The notes: generated from the sequence alone by a model not told the origin. Positions 1-9,903 are shown, counted from the stretch's first letter. The stretch: 64,000 nucleotides of DNA from Thermoplasmata archaeon (GCA_021809545.1 JAKAYL010000001.1:21561-85560); one strand, 5' to 3'. Program-made: numbers and translations.

Positions 1-16
1 AGGACGGCCAGGGACC

Positions 17-556
17 ATGGTCCAGGCACAGGTCCTGCACCGACTCCTGCTCGTCCTGATCCTCGTCGGGCTGATCGCGAGCATCTATGCCGCCTTCGAG
101 GTGCTGAACCCCGCGCTCCAGGGTACCTGCTCGATCAACTCCACCGTCTCCTGCGCCGCCGTCGACGCGAGCTCCTACTCCAACGTTGGCCCCATACCTG
201 ACTGGTCCATCGGCCTCGGAGGGTTCATCGTCCTCCTCCTCCTGGACATCCCTCTGTTCCGCACCTTCGACCCCAGGTTCCTCTACGCTATCTTCGGACT
301 GAGCGCGGCGGGGGTCGCCTTCGCCGCCTACTTCGCCTATTTGGAACTGGTCTTCATCCACGCCATCTGCCCCGTCTGCACCACGGCGCACCTCGCCGGT
401 GTCGGGGTGTTCCTCGTTTCCCTGACCCTGATCCGCAAGCGGAGGTCGGCCGAGGATCCCGACGAGACTCCTTCCCCGAAGAACAAGAGCCCCGGCTCCA
501 AGAACAAGGGCTCTTCCAAGGCAAAGGCCCGGCGAGCGTCCGAGTCCTCGGACTGA
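17..556 (+). CDS. Vitamin K epoxide reductase (VKOR)-family thiol-disulfide oxidoreductase, polytopic membrane protein
   Basis: About 4-5 TM helices. CPVC (CXXC) sits in a C-terminal TM helix, with a loop Cys pair (CSINSTVSC) upstream. Lys/Ser-rich C-terminal tail. Confidence 0.65.
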   Translation: MVQAQVLHRLLLVLILVGLIASIYAAFEVLNPALQGTCSINSTVSCAAVDASSYSNVGPIPDWSIGLGGFIVLLLLDIPLFRTFDPRFLYAIFGLSAAGVAFAAYFAYLELVFIHAICPVCTTAHLAGVGVFLVSLTLIRKRRSAEDPDETPSPKNKSPGSKNKGSSKAKARRASESSD

Positions 557-569
557 GCCCCCGGACAGC

Positions 570-2687
570 TCACTTCGAGCGGTACGCCACGAGGCGCGCG
601 AGCAGGGCCTCGATCTGAAGGCGCGGGGAGGCGCCCTCCGTGAGACGGAACTCCATCTCCGCGAGGTAATCGATGAGACGCATCTTGTCGAGGTCGTCGA
701 TCGGCAGGGTCTGCACTTGGCCGTGGATCGCCCGGAGGATGTCTTCTCCGCTGGCCCCTTTCTCCGTAAGGAGCGCCTGAAGCCGGTCCCGTGCCTCGCG
801 GAAGTGGCCTTCGAGCGCCGAGGTGATCAACCCCTCCACTTCTTTGGGCATCGGGAGCGCTGAGCTCTCGTACACGGTGTCGGCATCGACCTTGTCTGAG
901 ATCGCCGATGCCTGCTGCAGGATGTTCACCGATTGCCGCATGTCTCCCTGAGAGATGTGAAGTATGGCATCCAGGGCCGCGGGCTCCACCGTCTTTCCCT
1001 CGGACTTGGCGATCTGCCCCAGGTAGCGCTTCACGTCCTCCGCCTTCAACGGTCGGAATCGGAACACGGCACAGCGGGATTGGATCGGAGGGATGATCCG
1101 GGAGGAGTAGTTGCAGGAGATGACGAAGCGGCAGAGCGAGGCGTAGCGCTCCATGAGCCGGCGCAAGGAGGCCTGGGCCTCGGACGTGAGCATGTCCGCC
1201 TCGTCGAGGAAGAGGAGCTTGAACGGGCTGGAGCTCAAGGTGGTGCTCCGGGCGTAGTTCTTGATGGTCCCACGGACGGTGTCGATGCCACGTTCGTCGC
1301 TGTTATGGAGGAGCAAGGGGACGGTGCCTCCCCAGAACATCTCGCCTCCGGGCACCGATACATCGTAGACGTACTCGTGGCATTCCTGTTCTTCGATGGC
1401 GAGGATACGGAGCGGGTAGAGGTCCGATCCGGCCAGTTTTCTCCACCGTGAAGCACTCTCTCGCTCGTTGGGAGTGAGAGTGCCCTCGTCGATCCGATCC
1501 AAGATCTCCGTGATCGTGCTCTTGCGGGCACGCGGAGCCCTCTTTGCCGACAGAGAGTGACGGAGCGTGGACCGCCAAGGGAAGGACGGGGGCTGATCCA
1601 ATCCCTCGAGGAATTCGCAGAAGGGCCGGGAAGGGAGAAGCGCCGAATCCGGGGACGAAGAACCCTGTGACCAAGGGACCCTCGCCTCACGTCCACCCTC
1701 CGTGGGGCCGCTCTCGAGGACCGAGGTCCCGGTGAGCGAGACGGCATCGAGAATCCACGGTTTCGAAAAGGAATCCTCCCACAGGACCTGGTTCGACCCT
1801 CCCGGTGCCTGGCCGGCGTATTCCTCCTGGATCGCCCGCAGATGGGCCACGGTCGAATCCAGAGCGAAGGCGGGCGCCGCGTTGGCCCCGACCCTAGGAT
1901 CTACAAGAGGAAGTGTGTTCGGGAAGTATCGCATTCCCGCGATCGATGGGAAGCTGGGCGTGTCTTCCAGCTCGCCGTTGTACCGGGAAGCAGAGGGAAG
2001 AGTCTGGGCTAAGGGGTCCGCTACCGGTGGACGCTGCTTCTTCGGCACGGCTTTGCGTCCGGGAGCGTTGGGAGAGAGGTCGCTCGTGGTCGGCCTTCCT
2101 TCGGGTTCCTCCCGGAAGGTCAGCAGAAAGTCCCCTACCTTGAGTTCGGAGCTCTGGATCTTGGCAAGGCGCCCCTCCTTGTCGAGGATCATCACCGAGT
2201 GGTTGAGGGAGGTCCTCACAGATCCGCCCTCCACCAGGATATTGGCAAGCCGGGAAACCCGATGGCGGCTGATCACAGAGACCGGTTGGTACCCGACCTT
2301 GTGATCTCGATCGACCGATAGGATCTCCACATCCTTCACCCTCGTGGCATCCGGCCCTCCGGGGGAGAGGTATCGGGTGGCAAGATCGCCCATCGTCGTG
2401 CGCTGGGTCCTGCCCTGTATCCTCACCCGGACGGGAGTTTCCCCCGTCACACTGGCATTGAGCTCGAGAAAGGATTCCCGCCATTCGGCTCCGAACAGGT
2501 CGTGGGCCAATGCGAGCGCGGCCGTCGTCTTGCCGGTCCCGGGAGGGCCGGCGAAGAGAAGGTGCGGGAGGGACTTTCGGACCACGTAGGCCCGCAGGAG
2601 ATCGACGATGGCCTCCTGACCCACCATTTCGGAGAGTGACTTGGGACGGTACTTCTCGATCCAGATGTCCCCTGTGACCTTATCCAT
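570..2687 (-). CDS. rfcS: Replication factor C small subunit with an in-frame intein
   Basis: N-terminal WIEKYRP, Walker A GPPGTGKTT, LELNA|...|SDERGID, SRC motif (QSRCAVFRF) and FLDEAD Walker B. The extein totals 321 aa once the 384-aa insert is removed. ATG at 2685-2687. Confidence 0.9.
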   Translation of the reverse strand: MDKVTGDIWIEKYRPKSLSEMVGQEAIVDLLRAYVVRKSLPHLLFAGPPGTGKTTAALALAHDLFGAEWRESFLELNASVTGETPVRVRIQGRTQRTTMGDLATRYLSPGGPDATRVKDVEILSVDRDHKVGYQPVSVISRHRVSRLANILVEGGSVRTSLNHSVMILDKEGRLAKIQSSELKVGDFLLTFREEPEGRPTTSDLSPNAPGRKAVPKKQRPPVADPLAQTLPSASRYNGELEDTPSFPSIAGMRYFPNTLPLVDPRVGANAAPAFALDSTVAHLRAIQEEYAGQAPGGSNQVLWEDSFSKPWILDAVSLTGTSVLESGPTEGGREARVPWSQGSSSPDSALLPSRPFCEFLEGLDQPPSFPWRSTLRHSLSAKRAPRARKSTITEILDRIDEGTLTPNERESASRWRKLAGSDLYPLRILAIEEQECHEYVYDVSVPGGEMFWGGTVPLLLHNSDERGIDTVRGTIKNYARSTTLSSSPFKLLFLDEADMLTSEAQASLRRLMERYASLCRFVISCNYSSRIIPPIQSRCAVFRFRPLKAEDVKRYLGQIAKSEGKTVEPAALDAILHISQGDMRQSVNILQQASAISDKVDADTVYESSALPMPKEVEGLITSALEGHFREARDRLQALLTEKGASGEDILRAIHGQVQTLPIDDLDKMRLIDYLAEMEFRLTEGASPRLQIEALLARLVAYRSK
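1302..2453 (-). other. Intein inside rfcS (aa 79-462), Ser1 nucleophile, C-terminal HN, +1 Ser
   Basis: Block A-like SVTGETPV, block B-like TSLNH, and C-terminal ECHEYVYDVSVPGGEMFWGGTVPLLLHN followed by S. Splicing restores the canonical ELNASDERGI. Confidence 0.8.
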
Positions 2688-2950
2688 GAGCTTGCCGAGC
2701 AGGCTGTCGTGTCACCGTTGCATAGCTATTAAGGCTTGAGGGAGAGACCAGATTGGGCCCCGGGGCCGGGCGGGTTTTCCCACGTCCCGCGGAACGGAGA
2801 TCACCCCCAAGCCTCCTCATCCTGAGCGAGGCGAGTAGGGACGAGTTCTCTCGCTCGAAGCAGGGTCCGAAAGTGGCCCTGGGTGAAGAAAGTGAGCACC
2901 TCCTGTCCCGCACTCAACCTCCGGGCCACAGAGCCCACAATCGGTCGCGT

Positions 2951-3724
2951 CTATTGGATCGGACCGGGGTCGAGCGTGCGGAACCCCTGGATCGCAAGGG
3001 CGAAGGCGATGGCGGCCAGGATCCCGAGCACGAGGAGGGAGACCATGTCCGAGGGACCGAGCGTGCCCCGGAAAGCGTCCCGGGTTGCGTTGGCCGCGTA
3101 CGTGAGCGGGTTCCCGTCCAGGATGATCGCCAAAGCGCGAGGGGTCGACGGGGAGACCGGGTAGTACACCGTGGAGAGAAAGACGAGGAAGAGCTGGAGG
3201 AAGGACTGGATGGTGAAGTAGGCGTTCGCAGAACGCAGCCGGCTCCCGATGGCGATGAGGACCCCCGCGAAGAAGACCGAGCCGAAGCCGATGGAGAGCA
3301 GGACCACGACGATCCCGAGGAGGGAGAGGGCAGGGAGGCCGACGAAGGGGAGGGCGACGAGGAGCATGAGTCCCACCCCGACGAGCGCGAAGAGAAGGGT
3401 GGTGATGAGGAGCCCGGCAAGGTACTCCGCCTTCAGGAACGGACCGGAGAAGATCTGCTCGACCATGGCCCAGCGCCGGTCGAGCCAGAAGAGGTTCCCG
3501 GAGACCACGGCCCCCGTGACCATCTGGAAGGCGATCATACCGGGGACGAGGAAGGCGGTGTAGGAGCCGGAGGCCACCGCGCTGGACGTGACGAGCGAGC
3601 TGAACATCGTCCCGAGCACGACGATGGTGAAGGCGGGCTGCCCGAAGCGGAAGATGATCGAGAGCGGGTCCAGGTTGGAGACGAAGTTCCGGATGACCAG
3701 ACGGACGAGGGGAGGTAGCCTCAT
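2951..3724 (-). CDS. ABC-2 type transporter permease
   Basis: Six predicted TM helices with ABC-2 topology. Its start overlaps the stop of the upstream ATPase as ATGA. Confidence 0.75.
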   Translation of the reverse strand: MRLPPLVRLVIRNFVSNLDPLSIIFRFGQPAFTIVVLGTMFSSLVTSSAVASGSYTAFLVPGMIAFQMVTGAVVSGNLFWLDRRWAMVEQIFSGPFLKAEYLAGLLITTLLFALVGVGLMLLVALPFVGLPALSLLGIVVVLLSIGFGSVFFAGVLIAIGSRLRSANAYFTIQSFLQLFLVFLSTVYYPVSPSTPRALAIILDGNPLTYAANATRDAFRGTLGPSDMVSLLVLGILAAIAFALAIQGFRTLDPGPIQ

Positions 3725-4758
3725 GGCGTCCCTTCCTCTTCCCCGATGAGCCCTAGGAAAGCCCCCTCCAGGGTCGATTCGCTGATCGCAACGTGCGCAA
3801 GCTTCCGTTCCGAACGGGTGGCCCAGGCCGCGAGGGCACTGAGGAACTCCTCCGCCTCGTCGGAGGAGAAGGAGACCAACGTCGGATCCCGTCCCTCGTT
3901 CGGGAGACGCACCGCTCCCTCCTCGTCCGCGAGCTGCTGGAGGCTGAGGGTGAGGGCCTGGGACAGCGGCTCGGAGAATTTGACCGAGACCTCCCGGGGG
4001 CCCCCGTGGGCCCGTTTGAGCCCGTTCGGGGTGTCGAGCGCCACCAACTGTCCCTTGTGCAGCACCGCGATCCGGTCACAGAGGCGGTCCGCCTCCTCCA
4101 AGATGTGGGTGGTGAAGACGATCGAGAGCCCCTGGCGGGCCCGGCTTCGGAGGTAGGTAAGGATCCGCCTGCGGGCGACCGCGTCGAGGCCCACGGTCGG
4201 TTCGTCCAGGAAGAGGAGGTCCATGTCGTGCATGAGCTCCCGCGCCACCTGGAACCTGCGACGCTCTCCTCCGGAGAGGGCCCAGGGCTTGCGGTCCCTC
4301 AGCTTCTGCAGTTCGAAAAGCTCCAGCATCTCCTCCGAGCGTGCCTTCGCCACCTCCCGGGAGACCCCCCACAGGAAGGCGTAGAGAGTGAGATTCCGCT
4401 GCACGGTCACGAAGTCCAGGGACTCGGCCTGGAGCACCACACCGAGACGACGGCGGTACTCCCGACCCGCCTTCCGGAGGTCCTGCCCCCAGACCCACGC
4501 GGTCCCCTCCGTAGGGGTCACGAGGGTGGTGAGGAGACGGACGGTGGTCGTCTTTCCGGCGCCGTTCCGTCCGAGGAGACCGAGGACCTCTCCCTGGTGG
4601 AGGTCGAGGTTGAGGTGACGAACGGCGAATCGACCCGGGGCATACGCATAGCCCAGATCCTCCGTCCGCAGGATCTCCGCTCCGGATCGTTCCGGGTTTC
4701 CTGCAAGGCTGGCCACGATGGACGGGGCCTGCGTTGGGAGCTCTTGCTTCGTGGACAT
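3721..4758 (-). CDS. ABC transporter ATP-binding protein with a ~100-aa C-terminal extra domain
   Basis: Walker A GRNGAGKTT, signature LSGGERRR, Walker B LLFLDEPTVGLD. The longer ORF to 4854 is likely too long, because a TTTTAAA box (minus strand, ~4816-4822) lies inside it. Confidence 0.85.
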   Translation of the reverse strand: MSTKQELPTQAPSIVASLAGNPERSGAEILRTEDLGYAYAPGRFAVRHLNLDLHQGEVLGLLGRNGAGKTTTVRLLTTLVTPTEGTAWVWGQDLRKAGREYRRRLGVVLQAESLDFVTVQRNLTLYAFLWGVSREVAKARSEEMLELFELQKLRDRKPWALSGGERRRFQVARELMHDMDLLFLDEPTVGLDAVARRRILTYLRSRARQGLSIVFTTHILEEADRLCDRIAVLHKGQLVALDTPNGLKRAHGGPREVSVKFSEPLSQALTLSLQQLADEEGAVRLPNEGRDPTLVSFSSDEAEEFLSALAAWATRSERKLAHVAISESTLEGAFLGLIGEEEGTP

Positions 4759-5121
4759 CTTCGTTCTCTCGTGACCCTCGATCGTAGCGCAGGGTTCCGC
4801 GGAAGACCACTCTCGTTTAAAAGTGTCGCCTTTGCATAGATCTGCGTACGACACAGCAGCTCACTCCTTCCCCGCAGGAGTGGTTATGCGTTCAAAAGGG
4901 AGGGAAAAGGAAGGAATATTCTGAATTGTAAACCGTGTACGTGTACATCTAAGGTTGTGCAGTAGTCGTTCCGACCACCGGTGTTTTCCTCCACCCTCTC
5001 AAGCGCCTCGGAAACGCCCCTTCGGTTTCCCATTCTCCCGGTGGATCCAGCCCATCGCTCTCGGGAAGGTCTCATTGACCCTCCTCCCAGACGAACCATC
5101 CTCACCCGCCCTCGGCGGGCC

Positions 5122-6897
5122 CTAGATCCCTCGGCCCGCCACGCCGGGGGCGTACCAACCCTCCCAGAAGTGTCTCCGGGTGGCAAGGAACCGGCGGACC
5201 TCCTGGGGCTGGGGCCTCTGGGCCGAGGGCTCGCCCCAGCCTTCGGGCAGAAGCTCGGCCCGGGAGAGGGGCGTCTCTCCGCCGTAGGCCCAGATGACGA
5301 AGGGGGAGAGCACCATGGGCAGGAGCCAGGTGGCATTGAAGAGGGCGGCGAGCGGGTTGAGCAGGAGGATCCCGAGAAGGAGGAAACCGAGCAGCACGAG
5401 CGAGTACCGGGACAGATGGAGCACCTCCCTCATCGTCAGCCGTTTCTCACTCTTGGGGGTGACCGGGATGGTGCGCAGCCCGGTGCCGAGGTAAGCAGCC
5501 ATGCTCAGGAATTCGTAAGGAAGCGAAATTGCGCTCACGGCGGAACTGAGCCACCGGTGGCTCCAGTAGGTCCCGAAGCCGATCCGGCAGTGGAGAAGGA
5601 TGGCCCAGAGCGGGATCGAACTCAGGAGGCCCACCACGAGCAGATAGCGGAGGATGGGGACCGACCAGAAGGTGCCAAGGGGGTTCGAGAGGAAGGCGGA
5701 GAGGAAAGCCGCGGCCGTGGACGAGGTCGAGGTGTACCCGTAGACGGTGAGCAGCATGCCCAGGGGAAGGAGGAGATTCGTGATGTGCCCGAGCGGGGTC
5801 TGCAGGAGATCGAACTTCTGCCCGGCACGGAGGCGGTACTTCCGGGAAAAGGTGAAGAACTCCATCGCCCCGCGGGTCCACTTGTTCTGTCGCTTGATGA
5901 ACCCCCGGACGTTTTCCGGGGTGGCCTCGTAGGTGTGGAGGGGGACAAAGCGGGAGTGCCAGTCCCGCTCGCCCAGGGCGCAAGCCGTGGCAAAGTCTTC
6001 CGAGACGAAGCCCTCCACGAATCCCCCGATCTCCGCGACCGCGGAGGTGCGCACGAGGACGTTGTGTCCGTAGCAGAAGACCGCGTCCATGGTGTTCGCG
6101 AGGGACTCCTCCCAGAGGAATTGGCCCACACGCGACATCGGGGCGAGGGTCCTCACGAAAGAAGTGTCCAGGTTCCAGATGTTGATCAGCCCCTGGAATA
6201 CCGCCACCCGCGCGTTCCGGGGATCCTCCGAGAACCGAAGGGCCTCCCCGACCCAGTCCGGGGGAAGGTAGGAGTCCGCGTCCAGCAGCAGGAAGTAATC
6301 GTATCCGCCGCCCCACTGGCGGAACCAGTCATTGATCGCGCCCGCCTTGAAACCCCGGCGGTTCGGCCGGCGCACCACACGGTACCCATGCTCGGCCGAG
6401 AGGGCATCGACGACCTCGCGGGCGGCGGCATCGCTCGAGTCGTCAAGGACGTAGACGTCGGCGGGGTAGTGCGACCGGATCGCCCCGAGGCACTCGGGCA
6501 CTACGTCGTTCATGGTGGTGTAGAGGATGGCCACCCGGGGTTGAGAGGTCAATGTTTCCAGCCGGGGAAGGGGAGGTGCCCCGCGGAGGTAGAGGGCGGC
6601 GATCTGCCGGGCCAGGCCGTAGGCTGCGCCGAGGAAGAGGAGGCTCAGGACGGCGAACAGGATCACCGAGGCAAGGTGATTCCACTGGATCACGAAGACC
6701 GCGAGGCCCACGGTCAGCGCCAGGTAGATGCCGGCCACGAGAGAGTAGAAACCGGTCCGGAAACGGGAGGTGGGAGGAATCTCTCGAGGAACCGGAACGA
6801 GGGCCCTCGGTGGGTTCGGGGGAACCGCTCCCCCGTTCCCTGGAAATGGGTTTCCTGGGAAGGGGGCAATGCCCCTGGGGCTTTCGAGACTGCTCAT
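5122..6897 (-). CDS. Family-2 glycosyltransferase, processive synthase-like (cellulose/chitin-synthase-like), polytopic membrane protein
   Basis: Two N-terminal TM helices, a GT-A core with LDDSSD and LDADS (DxD), a QxxRW-like RQNKWTRG, and 5-6 C-terminal TM helices. Confidence 0.75.
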   Translation of the reverse strand: MSSLESPRGIAPFPGNPFPGNGGAVPPNPPRALVPVPREIPPTSRFRTGFYSLVAGIYLALTVGLAVFVIQWNHLASVILFAVLSLLFLGAAYGLARQIAALYLRGAPPLPRLETLTSQPRVAILYTTMNDVVPECLGAIRSHYPADVYVLDDSSDAAAREVVDALSAEHGYRVVRRPNRRGFKAGAINDWFRQWGGGYDYFLLLDADSYLPPDWVGEALRFSEDPRNARVAVFQGLINIWNLDTSFVRTLAPMSRVGQFLWEESLANTMDAVFCYGHNVLVRTSAVAEIGGFVEGFVSEDFATACALGERDWHSRFVPLHTYEATPENVRGFIKRQNKWTRGAMEFFTFSRKYRLRAGQKFDLLQTPLGHITNLLLPLGMLLTVYGYTSTSSTAAAFLSAFLSNPLGTFWSVPILRYLLVVGLLSSIPLWAILLHCRIGFGTYWSHRWLSSAVSAISLPYEFLSMAAYLGTGLRTIPVTPKSEKRLTMREVLHLSRYSLVLLGFLLLGILLLNPLAALFNATWLLPMVLSPFVIWAYGGETPLSRAELLPEGWGEPSAQRPQPQEVRRFLATRRHFWEGWYAPGVAGRGI

Positions 6898-7009
6898 GGA
6901 TTATCGGGAGAACCCTGAGGTTGGGGGATGAAGATTTTGGCGCAAAGCCCGAAACCGTTGGCGCAAGCCCCGCTTGGCGGCTCCCCGCCGGAGAAGACCC
7001 CGGAGGACC

Positions 7010-7693
7010 TTACTCGAAATCGAGATCGAGGACCCCGGTGTAGCCGTGGTCTGGGACATTGATATGGAACGTGAGGGACTCACTAGTTCCCAGCGGGACG
7101 GTCAGCGGGACGCTCGTGCCCCACACGGAGAACCCGGGCGTGAGTGCTGAGACGGATCGGACGGTGCAGGAAGGAGCGCTGGTGTTGAGATCGTACAGAG
7201 TCATACTTGCGCTCACGCTCCCACCGGCCGAGGTCGTGAAACCCGCACCGGAAAGTCCGTTGATCCCGCAGACATTGTCCCGAGACTGGATCACGATGTT
7301 CGTGACCTTGACCTGGGGAGGATAGAGGAGGTTCGGGGGGAGGAGAAAGAAGAGGGCAAGAAGGATCGCGACGAGGACCAACAGCGCCACGGCGAAGCTG
7401 TAGCTACCGCGCCGGGTGACGTTCTGATACAGGGGGATGAGGCGGGGTTTTGCGACGCGGCGGCGGGGCTCCGACGAACGGAGCGCTTCCTCCGAAGGAA
7501 GCGGCTCGACCCGGGGGAGCGTCCTACCACAGCGTTGGCAGAACAGGTCGGAGTCGTTGTTCTCCGCCCCGCAGGAGGGACAGTCCCGGAGAATGATCGC
7601 CCCGCGCACGCTACCTCCCTGCCCCCGGGACTCTCCGCCCGGCTCAGGGGGCTCTGCGGGCGGGGGAGGACGTCGATGACTCCTGCTTGGCAC
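7010..7693 (-). CDS. Zinc-ribbon domain membrane protein (cytoplasmic C4 ribbon, one TM, ~130-aa extracellular domain)
   Basis: CPSCGAENNDSDLFCQRCG ribbon, a Pro-rich N-terminus and a single TM (FAVALLVLVAILLALFFLL). The only in-frame Met overlaps the CorA-like gene by 50 bp, so an alternative start is possible. Confidence 0.5.
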   Translation of the reverse strand: MPSRSHRRPPPPAEPPEPGGESRGQGGSVRGAIILRDCPSCGAENNDSDLFCQRCGRTLPRVEPLPSEEALRSSEPRRRVAKPRLIPLYQNVTRRGSYSFAVALLVLVAILLALFFLLPPNLLYPPQVKVTNIVIQSRDNVCGINGLSGAGFTTSAGGSVSASMTLYDLNTSAPSCTVRSVSALTPGFSVWGTSVPLTVPLGTSESLTFHINVPDHGYTGVLDLDFE

Positions 7694-8669
7694 CCGGTGA
7701 GGGAACCTTTTCCCGGAGTCCTTCCATGCCCTCCTCCACCTTGGCCTCGTAGCGGCTCATGCCCCGGAAAAGGTCGCGGATCCATTTCTGAGAGGCGAAC
7801 CATCCGATCGGCGCAGCGGCGGTGACAACGAGCGCCACGACCACCACAGCGTCCGGCACGCCCGCGGCCGAGGGCATGCCGAGGATCGTAGCGGTGGTGT
7901 TGGGGAAGAGGATGATCGTCGAGACCACGGCGAGGATCAGCATCACGTAGGAGAGACCGAGCATCCGGATGTTCGATATGTTCGCAAGCTCGGCGATCCG
8001 ATTGCTCACCTGCCCGAGCTGGTTGGCCATCGTGGCGAGGCGGTTGGACTGGTCCGCCTGTTTCAGGAGAAGGAGATCCGTGAGGGAAGATTGCGTCGCC
8101 GAAGTGAGCTCTCGCAGACGCAGAAGTTCCTCTTTGGTGGGAGGAAGCGACTTTGCGAGCCCTGGGAGGAAGGCGGCGAGATGCTCCCCCTCTGCCTCGG
8201 CCACGGCCGCAAGGACGCGCCCAAGCTCGGCGCGGATGAGGGCCACGTATCGCTTGAGCCGCAGGACGTCCGAGATGGAAACCTCCAGCGGATGTTGCTC
8301 CAGGCCCGCGAGCTCGGTGTCCACCTCCTCGAGGCGGGTCAGGTAGTTCCGCCCCAGTTCGGCGAGGAGATCGAGGACCTTGGCCGAAGCCCCGGTGAGG
8401 CCGTACCCCTCCGAGGGGCCGTGCTCCGGTGTGTACGTCCCGTTCGCGTTGAGAAGGGTGACCCCGGCGGGGTTCGCCCAGATCGCGATCCCGTGGATCC
8501 GGAAGTCCTTCTCGATGCGCCCGACGGAAATGAGCGTCCCGTTGCGACGGCGGAGGACCACCACCCGGGGGCGGGAATCGGTCGACTGGTTGAGCGTCTT
8601 GAGGGCCTCGACGATGTCGGAGGGGGAGAGCGCGGACTGAGAATCCTCGGCATCCGCGGTAGGAAGCAC
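7644..8669 (-). CDS. CorA-family divalent cation (Mg2+/Co2+) transporter-like protein, GMP variant of the GMN motif
   Basis: Soluble N-terminal domain with a coiled-coil region, then two C-terminal TM helices flanking LFPNTTATILGMPSAAG (canonical F-P-x-T...YGMN). GTG start. Confidence 0.6.
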   Translation of the reverse strand: MLPTADAEDSQSALSPSDIVEALKTLNQSTDSRPRVVVLRRRNGTLISVGRIEKDFRIHGIAIWANPAGVTLLNANGTYTPEHGPSEGYGLTGASAKVLDLLAELGRNYLTRLEEVDTELAGLEQHPLEVSISDVLRLKRYVALIRAELGRVLAAVAEAEGEHLAAFLPGLAKSLPPTKEELLRLRELTSATQSSLTDLLLLKQADQSNRLATMANQLGQVSNRIAELANISNIRMLGLSYVMLILAVVSTIILFPNTTATILGMPSAAGVPDAVVVVALVVTAAAPIGWFASQKWIRDLFRGMSRYEAKVEEGMEGLREKVPSPGAKQESSTSSPARRAP

Positions 8670-8892
8670 GGGAAAACGCAGGATTCCGGCTCATAAAAGC
8701 TAGGGGATGGTTCGGCTATCGGTGCCCCCGGGGTTCGAGGGGAAGAGAAGTGGTGAACAGCCGACGTCGCCCTCCGCAGACCTTCCCTCGGGATCCAGAG
8801 AGCACCTGTCACCAGAGCCGGCGAACCCCTGGCCGACCCAGAGCTCTACCCTCCCTTGCCCGGGGTTTCGCCGAAACTGGGGGAATTCCCCG

Positions 8893-9903
8893 TCACGGGC
8901 TACCCTGCGTCTCGCGGAAAACCAACGGGTCGTACCGGTGGTCCACGACCTTCCGGAGGCTGTCGGAGCGTTCGATGGTGACCTGGATCTCCGTCAGGAG
9001 GGAGTTCAGCTCCATGAGCACGGGTCGGCTCGTCGAACGGACCCTCTTCCGAACCGCACCGTTCGCCTCCAGTTGGCCCAGGGTGGCGAGAAGGAGGTTC
9101 GTTCGATCTTCCATCAAGAGGAAGGGCGAGACGCCGCACGCCGACTGCAGTCGGGAGAGGACCTCGCCCCCGGTGACCCGCGGACGGAGCTTCCCGGTCA
9201 GGTAGACGAGTTCGCTCGCAAGCCGTCCCTGGTACGGAGGCAGGGATTCCACGTTGAGGAAGGTACGATTCTGGACCAGTCCCCAGTCGAGGAGTTTCTG
9301 CTGGCTGCGGGGAAGGGCCGCGGGGGTGTTCCAGGATCGCGCAGGCTCACCGTCCGTCACCGCCTTGTCGTTCCAACGGAGGATCTCCGACAGCGCGCTC
9401 GTCCGGGCCCACTCCGCATGGGAGACCCTTCCTCCCAGCGAACGAGGGTACTCGGTCCTCTCCTCTTTCCCCAGGAAGTGGGCCCAGAGCCGGGAATAGT
9501 CGAAATAGACGGGGATCGACCCCTGGGAGGGCTCAACGGAAACACTGACCCCCGAAGTTGAGGGAGCCCGGTTCCCGGGGGGCCGGTAGAAGAGGGCGAA
9601 GAGGGAGTTCAGACCCGACCAGAGGACGACGGTGTCCGGAGACCTCGCCCACGCATCTTCCAACACGCCCCGCTCGGTGGCGCCCGGGCGGGCCAGTACG
9701 CACTCCACCGAGCCCACGCCCGCAGCCCAGGGGTGGGGGACGTAACGATCCCTCAGCCAGCCGGCCTCGTAGGCTTTCCTCCGGATGGTGAAGAAGGTGG
9801 AGGGAGGGATCCCCTTCGGGCCGTTGTGCCCGGGTCCGCCTTGGCCCACCTGCGCAAGGACGGAAAGGATGGTGGCGCCCTCGGACTCCGTCAGTTCGTA
9901 CAC
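8893..9903 (-). CDS. Hypothetical soluble protein (336 aa)
   Basis: Consistent high-GC codon usage with G/C at third positions; no recognisable motif. GTG start. Confidence 0.45.
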   Translation of the reverse strand: MYELTESEGATILSVLAQVGQGGPGHNGPKGIPPSTFFTIRRKAYEAGWLRDRYVPHPWAAGVGSVECVLARPGATERGVLEDAWARSPDTVVLWSGLNSLFALFYRPPGNRAPSTSGVSVSVEPSQGSIPVYFDYSRLWAHFLGKEERTEYPRSLGGRVSHAEWARTSALSEILRWNDKAVTDGEPARSWNTPAALPRSQQKLLDWGLVQNRTFLNVESLPPYQGRLASELVYLTGKLRPRVTGGEVLSRLQSACGVSPFLLMEDRTNLLLATLGQLEANGAVRKRVRSTSRPVLMELNSLLTEIQVTIERSDSLRKVVDHRYDPLVFRETQGSP

